This document shows, one piece after another, positions 9,960 to 18,870 of a stretch of 64,000 bases of DNA (positions are counted from its first letter, which is position 1; every line of letters begins with the position of its first letter). Source of the stretch: a virus (taxonomy: Duplodnaviria; Caudoviricetes); the IMG/VR virus record IMGVR_UViG_3300032038_000018, positions 1 to 64,000 of that record, one strand, 5' to 3'. The notes under the pieces are model-generated. The model was given only the letters and a program-made list of their open reading frames with translations. It did no database searches and was not told the DNA's origin. The translations under genes were made by a program, and so were the position numbers.

Positions 9960-10604
9960 ATGGCTGGATGCGGAGTTTCTGATTGTAGTGTAGCATGTCA
10001 GAGTGAATGCATGCATATATGTGACGCAACTTGTTCCACTGCAAGTAGTACTACCAAAGCTAATAGCTGTGGTTGTGGACAATCAAATTGCGGAGTAGAA
10101 TGCGGCGGTAATGCAAGCAATGCAAGCTGTACAGGTAACTCATGTAACGGTGGCTGCTTTAAATCATGCCAAGCTTTATGCGGCGCCGGTAATGCCGGCA
10201 ATTGTCATGCAAATTGTACAGGTACTACCGGTCATAATAGTGGTAGTGGTGTAAATGGAATGAACTGCGGTGCTTCCAACTGCAGTGGTGGATGCCAAGA
10301 GAATTGTGCATATATGTGCTCAGATGGATGCTCATCATGTCATTCTACATGTAATGGCGGTTGTAGTGGTTGTACTTCCAGTTGTGGCGGTTGTGGCGAT
10401 GATTGCACAACTACATGTCACGCAACCGGAGATAGTATAAGCACTAGCGATAATTCTAACAATAGTAGCTGTAACCAAAGTGTATGTACTGCAGCATGTT
10501 CATCTATGTGTGCTTATGCATGTAATTATGGTAGTAATAGTTCTTGCACAGGTTGCGGTTCTTCATGCAAGGGAGCAACATCTTCTGTTACAGTAGACAT
10601 ATAA
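9960..10604 (+). CDS. CXXX-repeat Cys-rich protein (radical SAM target)
   Basis: ATG after AGGTGGTGA RBS; begins MAGC; 39 Cys. Confidence 0.8.
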   Translation: MAGCGVSDCSVACQSECMHICDATCSTASSTTKANSCGCGQSNCGVECGGNASNASCTGNSCNGGCFKSCQALCGAGNAGNCHANCTGTTGHNSGSGVNGMNCGASNCSGGCQENCAYMCSDGCSSCHSTCNGGCSGCTSSCGGCGDDCTTTCHATGDSISTSDNSNNSSCNQSVCTAACSSMCAYACNYGSNSSCTGCGSSCKGATSSVTVDI

Positions 10605-10695
10605 TATTAAATTTAGAATCCTTATAATGGGATTCTAAATTTATTTTGCCCAAGGACATAATGATAAATTTTAGTATATAAAGGAGGTATGCAAT

Positions 10696-11820
10696 ATGGC
10701 TGGATGTAAACAAGGTTCATGCGGTTCCAGCTGTGGACAAGGATGCGGAAGCTCTTGTGGAAGAGGTTGTGGCACAGCTTGCAGTAGTAGCTGTGGTCAA
10801 AGTTGTAGCACCGGTAACTCTGGGCAATCGCAAAGTGGCGGCAGTAGCAGTAGTAGCAGTTGCAGCGGTTGCGGTAAGAGCTGTGGCGACGCTTGTGGCG
10901 GAAGCACTTGTGGTACATCATCGGCGGCTCATGCATTACCTGCAGGCTGTGCTGGTAATACATGTACTGGCGGCTGCAGTGGCTGCAGTCATAGTGCCGT
11001 TGGTAGTAGTGGTAATTGCGGTATTACATGTTCGGCAAACTGCGGATTTAGCTGTGGAAAAAGTTGTGGATCAGATTGCACCGGATATTGTGGACCATCT
11101 TGTGGAGGCTTATGTGCAGCAGGTAGTGGTTCCGTACCAAGTGGCCCATCTGATACAGTAGATTGGACTCCTGTTCAATCTGGATGCAGCGTGTGCGATA
11201 CAACTTGTATGACAGAATGCTCAACCGGATGCAGTAGTGGATGCAAAAATGATTGTGGCGGCTGTGGTGGATGCTCCAATTCATGCACAGGCACTTGTAG
11301 TAATAACTGTAGTAAAACATGTAAAGGTTTTTGCACTGGCTCATGTGAAACAATGTGTGTTAATACATGTAGCTCATCTTGTAGCTCATGTACAAGTAGT
11401 TGTACTGGGTCATGCTCATCGTGTACCGGTAATTGTGTGCAATCATGTAATACTGGTTGCTTAGGATGCGATTCAGAATGCGATACAACATGTAAATTCG
11501 TATGTAGTCAACAATGCCAAGGTGGCTGCTCAGGACAGTGCTCAGGATGCACTAATAAATGTTCGTCGTGCTCTAATGACTGTAGTGGAACTTGTGGAGG
11601 CGATACATGTGCAACAACATGCAGAGCTTTATGCAAAAACTATTGCACAAGTTGTACAGGTTGCAATACTGCATGTGAAGATGGTTGCTTGTCATCTTGC
11701 ATAGGTTGCACTGGTACATGTGAAGGACAATGCACTGTATCTGCTACGGAAAGATCTATATCTACTCAACGAACATATCTTGAGAGTAGATACAATGAAA
11801 CATATTCCGAGGTGATTTGA
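10696..11820 (+). CDS. CXXX-repeat Cys-rich protein (radical SAM target)
   Basis: AAGGAGGT RBS; begins MAGC; 76 Cys in 374 aa. Confidence 0.85.
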   Translation: MAGCKQGSCGSSCGQGCGSSCGRGCGTACSSSCGQSCSTGNSGQSQSGGSSSSSSCSGCGKSCGDACGGSTCGTSSAAHALPAGCAGNTCTGGCSGCSHSAVGSSGNCGITCSANCGFSCGKSCGSDCTGYCGPSCGGLCAAGSGSVPSGPSDTVDWTPVQSGCSVCDTTCMTECSTGCSSGCKNDCGGCGGCSNSCTGTCSNNCSKTCKGFCTGSCETMCVNTCSSSCSSCTSSCTGSCSSCTGNCVQSCNTGCLGCDSECDTTCKFVCSQQCQGGCSGQCSGCTNKCSSCSNDCSGTCGGDTCATTCRALCKNYCTSCTGCNTACEDGCLSSCIGCTGTCEGQCTVSATERSISTQRTYLESRYNETYSEVI

Positions 11821-11821
11821 C

Positions 11822-12877
11822 GTGCATGATACAACGATAAATAAACCAATTCCTGTAAGGTCAAATCCTGCTAAGATAGAAAATAAAGCAATACCTAGCA
11901 ATTATCTTGCATTATTGAAAAGAATAATGATCGAATTTGCTAGAAGAAGTGGACTTAGAATAAATAATACAACCGGTGAATTATTAGGCGTATCATATTC
12001 TGGATTAAATGGTCCACTTAGAACTAATTTAACTTGGAATCCAAGTGAATTTTTCCCAGAAGATTTTAATGATACAGATATTGGTTCAGTAAGTGATACA
12101 AGATTAACTAAAGCACAAGCTGAATTTGTAATAAATAAATTATTAGAGATTTGTGATATAGAAGGCTATGCTAAAATACCCACTATAAACACAAATAATA
12201 CTACATCGATAACTCAAGTAAATGCAACGTTACCATTTCCTAAAGTTGCAGGAGTAATATCTCAATTATTTGAATATGGTACACTTTATGGTGTTTTGAA
12301 TACTATTTCTGCTGAATCATATACAAGCCCAACTAGTTCGTGTAGAACAGGTTGTACTGGTTTATGCTATGGCTCATGTGCAGTAAATTGTATTGAATCG
12401 TGTAGTAGTACATGCACAGGTGGTTGTTCAACAGGTTGCGATGGTACATGCTCTATTGATTGCACATCTGATTGTGCTGTAAATTGTAGCACTAATTGTA
12501 GCGGTGACTGTGAAAGTGGCTGTGACAGACTATGCATTGATGGATGCATGTCTGAATGTTTAGGCTCATGCACAACTACTTGTACGAATGCATGCAAAAC
12601 TGAATGCACGACTGAATGCGTTAGTTCATGCACAGGCGAATGCACCTTATATTGTACTGCAGAATGCTCAGTTAAATGTACTACTGAATGCGCATCAAGT
12701 TGCACGAATGCTTGCAGTGGATATTGCAAAGGAGGTTGCTATACAACATGCTCATCTACATGCTCAAGTTCATGTGGCTATAACAACTGTATGGGCGCAT
12801 GTAAATCTGGGTGTAGTACTTCGTGCACTAATGGCTGTAGTGGTAATTGTAGAGGTCATAGTAATTCAAATACGTAG
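11822..12877 (+). CDS. N-terminal domain plus CXXX-repeat target domain
   Basis: About 170-aa non-repetitive N-terminus, then SSCRTGCTGLCYGSC...; 43 Cys in the repeat, the first 37 in perfect 4-residue register. Confidence 0.85.
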   Translation: MHDTTINKPIPVRSNPAKIENKAIPSNYLALLKRIMIEFARRSGLRINNTTGELLGVSYSGLNGPLRTNLTWNPSEFFPEDFNDTDIGSVSDTRLTKAQAEFVINKLLEICDIEGYAKIPTINTNNTTSITQVNATLPFPKVAGVISQLFEYGTLYGVLNTISAESYTSPTSSCRTGCTGLCYGSCAVNCIESCSSTCTGGCSTGCDGTCSIDCTSDCAVNCSTNCSGDCESGCDRLCIDGCMSECLGSCTTTCTNACKTECTTECVSSCTGECTLYCTAECSVKCTTECASSCTNACSGYCKGGCYTTCSSTCSSSCGYNNCMGACKSGCSTSCTNGCSGNCRGHSNSNT

Positions 12878-12888
12878 GTGGTGATTTT

Positions 12889-13122
12889 ATGGCAGCGTGT
12901 TTTGGATGTGATTCAACATGTTTGGATGAATGTGTTGGAACTTGTAAGACATCGTGCTTAGGATGCAAAGATTCGTGCTCTTCATGTGGATCAAATTGTG
13001 CATCTACATGTATGCACAACTGTGGTACTGATTGTAATAAAATGTGTGGAAACACATGCTCTTTCTCATGCCAATCGTCATCATCTGATGCTAGTAGATA
13101 TAATAAGTATTTACAACTATAA
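12889..13122 (+). CDS. Short CXXX-repeat Cys-rich peptide
   Basis: 77 aa, 16 Cys, begins MAAC; RBS TAGGTGGTGATTTTATGGC. Confidence 0.8.
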   Translation: MAACFGCDSTCLDECVGTCKTSCLGCKDSCSSCGSNCASTCMHNCGTDCNKMCGNTCSFSCQSSSSDASRYNKYLQL

Positions 13123-13140
13123 TGAATAGGTGGTGATTTT

Positions 13141-13992
13141 ATGGCTGATTGTGCTAACTGTAGAAGCTCATGTACTGTAGACTGCTCTGGTACATGTCAA
13201 GGCGCTTGTTGGACTATGTGTGATAGATACTGCAGTGTCGGAAGTTCCGGAGGTAGTGCATGCACTGGCGGTTCATGCTCTGGTAGTTGTAGTGAAACCA
13301 GTACAGGCACTTGTTATAGATCGTGCACAGATGGATGCGATAACGGATGCGGAACCGGATGCATGCATAACTGCGTTGGTGGTTGTAATAGCTGCACTGG
13401 TAATTGTGACTATGCATGTTTAAAAACGTGTAATGGCTGCTCGGGTACATGCTTAGGCGCATGCAATACCAACTGCACAAGTGCATGTAGTATTAATTGT
13501 GGTAATGGTTGTGCTAGCGCGTGTACATCGTGTTATAAGACATGTCAAAATGGTTGTACTTCGTGTACAGGTGATTGTGGATCTGGTTGTGCTACTGGTT
13601 GCTCAACTGGTTGTAACAGTGGATGCAATGATGTATGCGAAAATGCATGCGATGAAACGTGCATTAATACGTGTAGAACAGGTTGTCAGTCTGGATGCGC
13701 TACAGATTGTGAATCCGGTTGTAAGACAGAATGCACAAATGCATGTGGAACAACATGCTCTGTACAATGTGGCAATATGTGTGGTGTTGGCTGTGCAGCT
13801 AATTGTCTAGAAGCTTGTGCAAATACTTGCGGCTCTGCAGCATGTACATCGTTCTGTACATCTGCATGCTCTGGTACATGTGCACGAGATTGCAAAACTA
13901 ACTGTACGAATGGTTGCTATGGCTGTGAATCAACGTGTACTCAAACATGTAGCGTAAGTTGTTCTGGTACAGCTGCCGAATATACGGCATAA
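13141..13992 (+). CDS. CXXX-repeat Cys-rich protein
   Basis: 283 aa, 67 Cys, begins MADC; same 19-nt RBS/start context as the previous gene. Confidence 0.85.
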   Translation: MADCANCRSSCTVDCSGTCQGACWTMCDRYCSVGSSGGSACTGGSCSGSCSETSTGTCYRSCTDGCDNGCGTGCMHNCVGGCNSCTGNCDYACLKTCNGCSGTCLGACNTNCTSACSINCGNGCASACTSCYKTCQNGCTSCTGDCGSGCATGCSTGCNSGCNDVCENACDETCINTCRTGCQSGCATDCESGCKTECTNACGTTCSVQCGNMCGVGCAANCLEACANTCGSAACTSFCTSACSGTCARDCKTNCTNGCYGCESTCTQTCSVSCSGTAAEYTA

Positions 13993-14046
13993 TAAAAAAC
14001 GGTGGTAAGAACGTAAATATAAATTTTTATTAAAGGAGAAATCATA

Positions 14047-14730
14047 ATGAGCATTTTTACAATGTACAAGGATATCACAGTTGATATCCCTGAAGATATT
14101 TATAATAAGCTTAATAGGTCATCTCGTGAATATGAGATGGCAACAACTGACGTATATTATTACATAATGAATGGCAACACAGTACAGTCTGCTATATTCG
14201 ATGAAATGATCAATGATGCACTTGATGCATACTTTGCACATTCTAAGAATAAAGATATCGTATCCAACGATTTCGTTATTCCTGCTATAAAGAGGGAATA
14301 TAATCTTGATGGCGATGATATAGTTATAAACAACTTCTGGAATATTACATTTGATGGAAATCATACATGTAATATTACTGACATAAAAGTATCCAAAAAT
14401 GATCAGGAAGTTGTGCATGAAGGTACTGTATCAGATGAGTGGGCAGAAAAGATAGGATATCTCCGTGCAAAAATTCAGGTGTATGATGCAATCATATCCA
14501 AGATAATGTCTTCTCTTAACTCTACAATTACTCAGAAAGTTAGAGATGAGTATGATAAGGTAAGAGATATCCGTATAAATCTTCTCATGGAAGAGGATGT
14601 TAATAAGAAAAACTTCCTCAATGAGATAGTTAAGCCTATTCTGGATGAGCATAATTGCGATCCTGAAAAGTGCACATGGAATCTCAATCCTATAGAAAAG
14701 ACATTCAATATAACCCGTACAGTTGATTGA
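14047..14730 (+). CDS. CXXX-repeat modification system accessory protein (TIGR04116-like, apparently duplicated)
   Basis: Directly upstream of the radical SAM; two helical halves ending FWNITFDGNHTCNIT and CTWNLNPIEKTFNIT. Confidence 0.55.
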   Translation: MSIFTMYKDITVDIPEDIYNKLNRSSREYEMATTDVYYYIMNGNTVQSAIFDEMINDALDAYFAHSKNKDIVSNDFVIPAIKREYNLDGDDIVINNFWNITFDGNHTCNITDIKVSKNDQEVVHEGTVSDEWAEKIGYLRAKIQVYDAIISKIMSSLNSTITQKVRDEYDKVRDIRINLLMEEDVNKKNFLNEIVKPILDEHNCDPEKCTWNLNPIEKTFNITRTVD

Positions 14731-14755
14731 TTATATAAGAGGCGGTGTAATTCTA

Positions 14756-16882
14756 ATGTATGAAAGAAAATATTCTCGTACAGAATCATTTCAAGATTTG
14801 ATTGCCCGTCTTTATCCGTTGTCAGATATCGCTCCCGATGTTCGGGAGCGTATTCTTTATGATAAAGATGGATATCCCATGCATTATGTAGCTAGAACAG
14901 TTACTTTCCAAGTTACAGATGACTGTAATCTCTGTTGTGTACCTGCTGGTACTATGATACTGATGGCAGACAAAACAGAAAAACCTATAGAAGAAATTTC
15001 TATAGGCGATAAAATTTTAACTTTTAATGAAAAACCTACACATGCATATCCAATGATGCACGAAGCAGAAGTAACTGCGACAATGTCAAGAGAGATTGAC
15101 TATGTGTATGATATAATAACAGATAGCTCAAGTTTAACTGTTACAGGTAATCATCCATTGTTATATTTAAATCCATTCGGATTTATGGAATATAAAGAAG
15201 TATCACATCTCAGAAAAGGCGATACTATATATGAATACAGTGGAAGACAAATGGTTGCCAGACATATAAGATCTATAGAAAAGCGTGCAGCTAAGACTAT
15301 AGTATATAACTTAACTACTTCGCTTAGTACATATGTGGCAAATAAAATAGCAGTGCATAACTGTTCTTATTGCTATCAGATAAATAAGAAGCACCATAGT
15401 ATGCCCTTTGAAGTAGCAAAAGAATTTGCCGATATGATACTCGAATCTACCAAAGAAAATAATGATTACATTACGGTAGAATCTTCGCCCGGTGTTGTAT
15501 TTGAGTTCATAGGTGGAGAACCGTTCTTGGAGATAGATCTTATTTCTAAAATCTCTGATTACTTAGTACAGAGAATGACTGAGATGAGACATCCATGGAG
15601 AGATAAGTTTATGTTTTCTATATGCTCTAATGGCCTTCTTTATAAGAATAAGAAAGTCCAAGCATATATGGAAAAATATAAATACAATATATCTTTCTCA
15701 GTATCTATAGATGGTAATAAAGAACTCCATGACTCATGCAGAGTTAAACCTGATGGGACCGGTTCATATGATATTGCTATAGATGCAGTTAATCATTATA
15801 GAGAGCACTTCCAAGGTAAGATGGGCTCTAAGATGACAATGGCTCCTAGTAATATTACATATGTATATGATGCAGTCAAAAATCTTATAGATCTCAAATA
15901 CGATGAGATTTATCTCAACTGTGTATATGAAAAAGGCTGGGAGCCTCATCATGCTACTGAGCTTTATAATCAATTCAAAATGTTATCTGACTATATGATA
16001 GAAAGTGGACATTTTGAAGATACATATTTATCATATCTGGACGATACAGGATTTCATCCTATGGGCGAGGAGCATCAGCAGAACTGGTGCGGTGGTACTG
16101 GCTCTATGATAGCTGTAGACTATAAGGGCGATATATATCCTTGTCTGAGATATATGGAATCTTCTATAGGCGATGATATAGAAGCTCCTGTAATTGGTAC
16201 AGTTGAAAAAGGATTCATGTATGACCAGAAGACTAAAGATCTGGTTCATGATATGAGAGCAATCTCCAGAAGATCTCAGTCTACTGATGAATGCTTCTAT
16301 TGTCCTATAGCACAATTATGCAGTTGGTGCTCTGCTTATAACTACCAAGAGTTTGGTACTATTAATAAACGTGCTACATATATCTGCATAATGCATAAGA
16401 GTAGGACACTTACCAATATCTATTATTGGAATAAAGGTTTTAAGAAATATGCACCTTGGTTTAAGTTTGCATCTTGGATTCCTAAAGAGTATGCTCTTGA
16501 AGTTATATCCGAAGAGGAATATAATATGCTCTTGAGTCTTATAGAATTTACAGATGAAGACAGAGCTCTTACTCAAAAGATGCTCGATGAAGGAAAGATA
16601 TCGGATAGATATATTAATTATGCTAGGACTGCACTTGAAACCAATAGACCTGTATTTACAAATGATATTGGTAAAGTAATGGTAGATGCACTCAACGCAG
16701 ATGGATCTCCTTGCTATGATGAAGTGATGTCTGCTAGTAAATATGGCAAAGATGTAGTCAAACTCGATGAGCCTATAGACTATACTTCTATTGCATATGC
16801 TGGAGTATTTGATTATATCAATAAACGTGGATTTGATATACATGCAGTTAAATTAATGGAGAAGTATGGTGGTTTAGAATGA
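14756..16882 (+). CDS. Radical SAM/SPASM peptide maturase, CXXX-repeat target family (TIGR04115-like), intein-containing
   Basis: TFQVTDDCNLC|CSYCYQ after splicing, EFIGGEPFL, SIDG, SPASM cysteines WCGG...YPC...CFYC...CSWC...YIC. Confidence 0.9.
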   Translation: MYERKYSRTESFQDLIARLYPLSDIAPDVRERILYDKDGYPMHYVARTVTFQVTDDCNLCCVPAGTMILMADKTEKPIEEISIGDKILTFNEKPTHAYPMMHEAEVTATMSREIDYVYDIITDSSSLTVTGNHPLLYLNPFGFMEYKEVSHLRKGDTIYEYSGRQMVARHIRSIEKRAAKTIVYNLTTSLSTYVANKIAVHNCSYCYQINKKHHSMPFEVAKEFADMILESTKENNDYITVESSPGVVFEFIGGEPFLEIDLISKISDYLVQRMTEMRHPWRDKFMFSICSNGLLYKNKKVQAYMEKYKYNISFSVSIDGNKELHDSCRVKPDGTGSYDIAIDAVNHYREHFQGKMGSKMTMAPSNITYVYDAVKNLIDLKYDEIYLNCVYEKGWEPHHATELYNQFKMLSDYMIESGHFEDTYLSYLDDTGFHPMGEEHQQNWCGGTGSMIAVDYKGDIYPCLRYMESSIGDDIEAPVIGTVEKGFMYDQKTKDLVHDMRAISRRSQSTDECFYCPIAQLCSWCSAYNYQEFGTINKRATYICIMHKSRTLTNIYYWNKGFKKYAPWFKFASWIPKEYALEVISEEEYNMLLSLIEFTDEDRALTQKMLDEGKISDRYINYARTALETNRPVFTNDIGKVMVDALNADGSPCYDEVMSASKYGKDVVKLDEPIDYTSIAYAGVFDYINKRGFDIHAVKLMEKYGGLE
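14936..15361 (+). mobile_element. Mini-intein (142 aa, no endonuclease) within the radical SAM CxxxCxxC motif
   Basis: Starts CVPAGT, block B TGNHP, block F VYNLT, ends VHN followed by Cys+1. Confidence 0.92.
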
Positions 16883-17583
16883 GAAGCTATTATAGTCCAT
16901 TAAACGATGGCTCATATCAGGTTAATGCATACTCATTATCCAGAAAATCAGGTGTACAAAGATCCGAATACACTACATATGCTGGAGCTGCAAATGAGTC
17001 TGCACAAACAGAAGATGAGCTTATTCCACCTATTAGTACAGATGTAGATGTACATAAAGTATATAATACAGTATTTAATAAAGATCGAATATCTTTATCT
17101 ATACCGTGTTATAATATGATGACTATCTATAAAGTACATCTTAGTATAGCAAATTCATTAGGTAATAAAGCTATTCTTGGAATATTTGATGACGAATACA
17201 TATTTGCATCATTTAAGCTATGCAATGATGATACAGCATATGCCGAAGGTGAATATGATTTGTTATTCTCATGGGAAGGCAGTGATTCCGATATATCGGT
17301 TGTATCTACAGCTGCATCTATCAATACAGATTTAGATGTAATTGACATAAATGGAATTCATCCATTCTTACATAATGGTATTCTATATTATAAGATAGCC
17401 AATGAGCAATCCGAAGGGAACTTTAAGTTTATACCATATATACTCAATAGATATCCTGTTATGAATGATGATAATAGTGCAAACCCATCTATGATTCATT
17501 TTAGAATATCCGGTATAGATGACGCAGGACTTGCTCAGCTTACTGTGGAGACATATCCTCTCATGTACGTGCCTAGTGAATAA
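16879..17583 (+). CDS. Hypothetical protein, overlapping the radical SAM stop codon
   Basis: ATGA overlap; 234 aa. Confidence 0.65.
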   Translation: MRSYYSPLNDGSYQVNAYSLSRKSGVQRSEYTTYAGAANESAQTEDELIPPISTDVDVHKVYNTVFNKDRISLSIPCYNMMTIYKVHLSIANSLGNKAILGIFDDEYIFASFKLCNDDTAYAEGEYDLLFSWEGSDSDISVVSTAASINTDLDVIDINGIHPFLHNGILYYKIANEQSEGNFKFIPYILNRYPVMNDDNSANPSMIHFRISGIDDAGLAQLTVETYPLMYVPSE

Positions 17584-17649
17584 TCGTATTTTTATTGTGA
17601 TATCGACATTTGATTAATGTCGATATCACATTTTGTTAGAGGTGAGACT

Positions 17650-18870
17650 ATGGCTTTTTACAAATGGGACAGGATCTTTGATTCCGGGATTAGTGATTTT
17701 GTATCTAGTGGAATAGTAGCATTAGGTAAAACCGGATTGCTGAGACCTGTCGAAAATAAACAAATGCCAATGAATGTGGAGTTACACGCATGTGTGCCAT
17801 ATTTTGATGGATATTTATTAATAATGCCCGGGTTAATGCTATATATAAACGCTGAAGGTCAAATCAGTGAGAATAAAATAGATTTAGCATTAACAGATGG
17901 CGTTTTCATAAATGGAATGATTCTGTTGGCTACTACAGATGGAAAGATCTTATTTAGCAAAGAACCTCTTGTATTTAAAGAGCATTCCAGAAAATTAAAT
18001 AAAATAACTCGAGTAAATAAATGCGAAGATAAAGCAATAATCTGTGGCGACACTACTATTGCTATAGCATGGGAAAAAGATAATCGAGTTGAATTCAAAC
18101 AATTAGCTACACATTTTCATCATATAAATGCATATCTATATGATGGAAAAATATTTTCTTTTTCAGATGATGGATTCTTAAATGTCTATTTCATAGACAA
18201 AGAATTCAATATATTACCTAATTCATTATATAGAATAGATATAAACAGCAATCTGATAGATGCAACAGTGAATTCTATATACATAGATCATGATTCAAAA
18301 ACTTGCGATATTTATTTCTTATGTAATAACGGTATAGTTGCTGTTATACCGAACTTTAAATATACTAAAGATTCTATAACCGAAATAGATAAAAATCTTA
18401 TTATGCATGAAGCTAAGTTAACAGACAATAGCTATTTTAAAGATATGACCAAATATAATGATGAATATATTATAGTTGGTTATGGAGAAGAAACAAAATC
18501 TTGCATAAAGACTAAACAGCTCAAAGATTCTATTATAGCTCATAATCTGTTAAATAGAATATCTGGGCCTGAACGTTATATGCATAATTTTGCATCAACG
18601 TATGAGTCTAAGTATAAGAAGAGCAAATCCGAAGATACTAAGATGAAAGCATTGTTGACTGTGCATCTGATAGTGTATACTAACACAGATGGATCTAAAT
18701 ATATTAAGACAACTGATATTGGTTTAATACCGAATTCATTTACAATATATGATGTACAAGATGCAATTTCTACAGAAGTATTTTCAAATATAATACCTGT
18801 GGATACCGATAAGCCTAAGTGTAAAGTTACTATAAGCATCAGTGAAGATATGATAGAGAGGTGTTATTAA
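17650..18870 (+). CDS. Hypothetical, possibly beta-propeller structural protein
   Basis: GAGGTGA RBS before ATG at 17650; beta-strand-rich repeat-like segments. Confidence 0.55.
   Translation: MAFYKWDRIFDSGISDFVSSGIVALGKTGLLRPVENKQMPMNVELHACVPYFDGYLLIMPGLMLYINAEGQISENKIDLALTDGVFINGMILLATTDGKILFSKEPLVFKEHSRKLNKITRVNKCEDKAIICGDTTIAIAWEKDNRVEFKQLATHFHHINAYLYDGKIFSFSDDGFLNVYFIDKEFNILPNSLYRIDINSNLIDATVNSIYIDHDSKTCDIYFLCNNGIVAVIPNFKYTKDSITEIDKNLIMHEAKLTDNSYFKDMTKYNDEYIIVGYGEETKSCIKTKQLKDSIIAHNLLNRISGPERYMHNFASTYESKYKKSKSEDTKMKALLTVHLIVYTNTDGSKYIKTTDIGLIPNSFTIYDVQDAISTEVFSNIIPVDTDKPKCKVTISISEDMIERCY

Noticed and set aside
9373-13895. Many alternative-frame and antisense ORFs (His/Gln/Val-rich) over the Cys cluster
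   Set aside because: Shadows of the TGT/TGC-periodic coding strand; no RBS, and the Cys frames have clear RBS and operon spacing
8328-13992. Cys-rich proteins as plain metallothioneins or eukaryotic contamination
   Set aside because: Bacterial-type RBSs, continuous phage context and an adjacent cognate-type radical SAM; metal binding is not excluded but does not explain the locus
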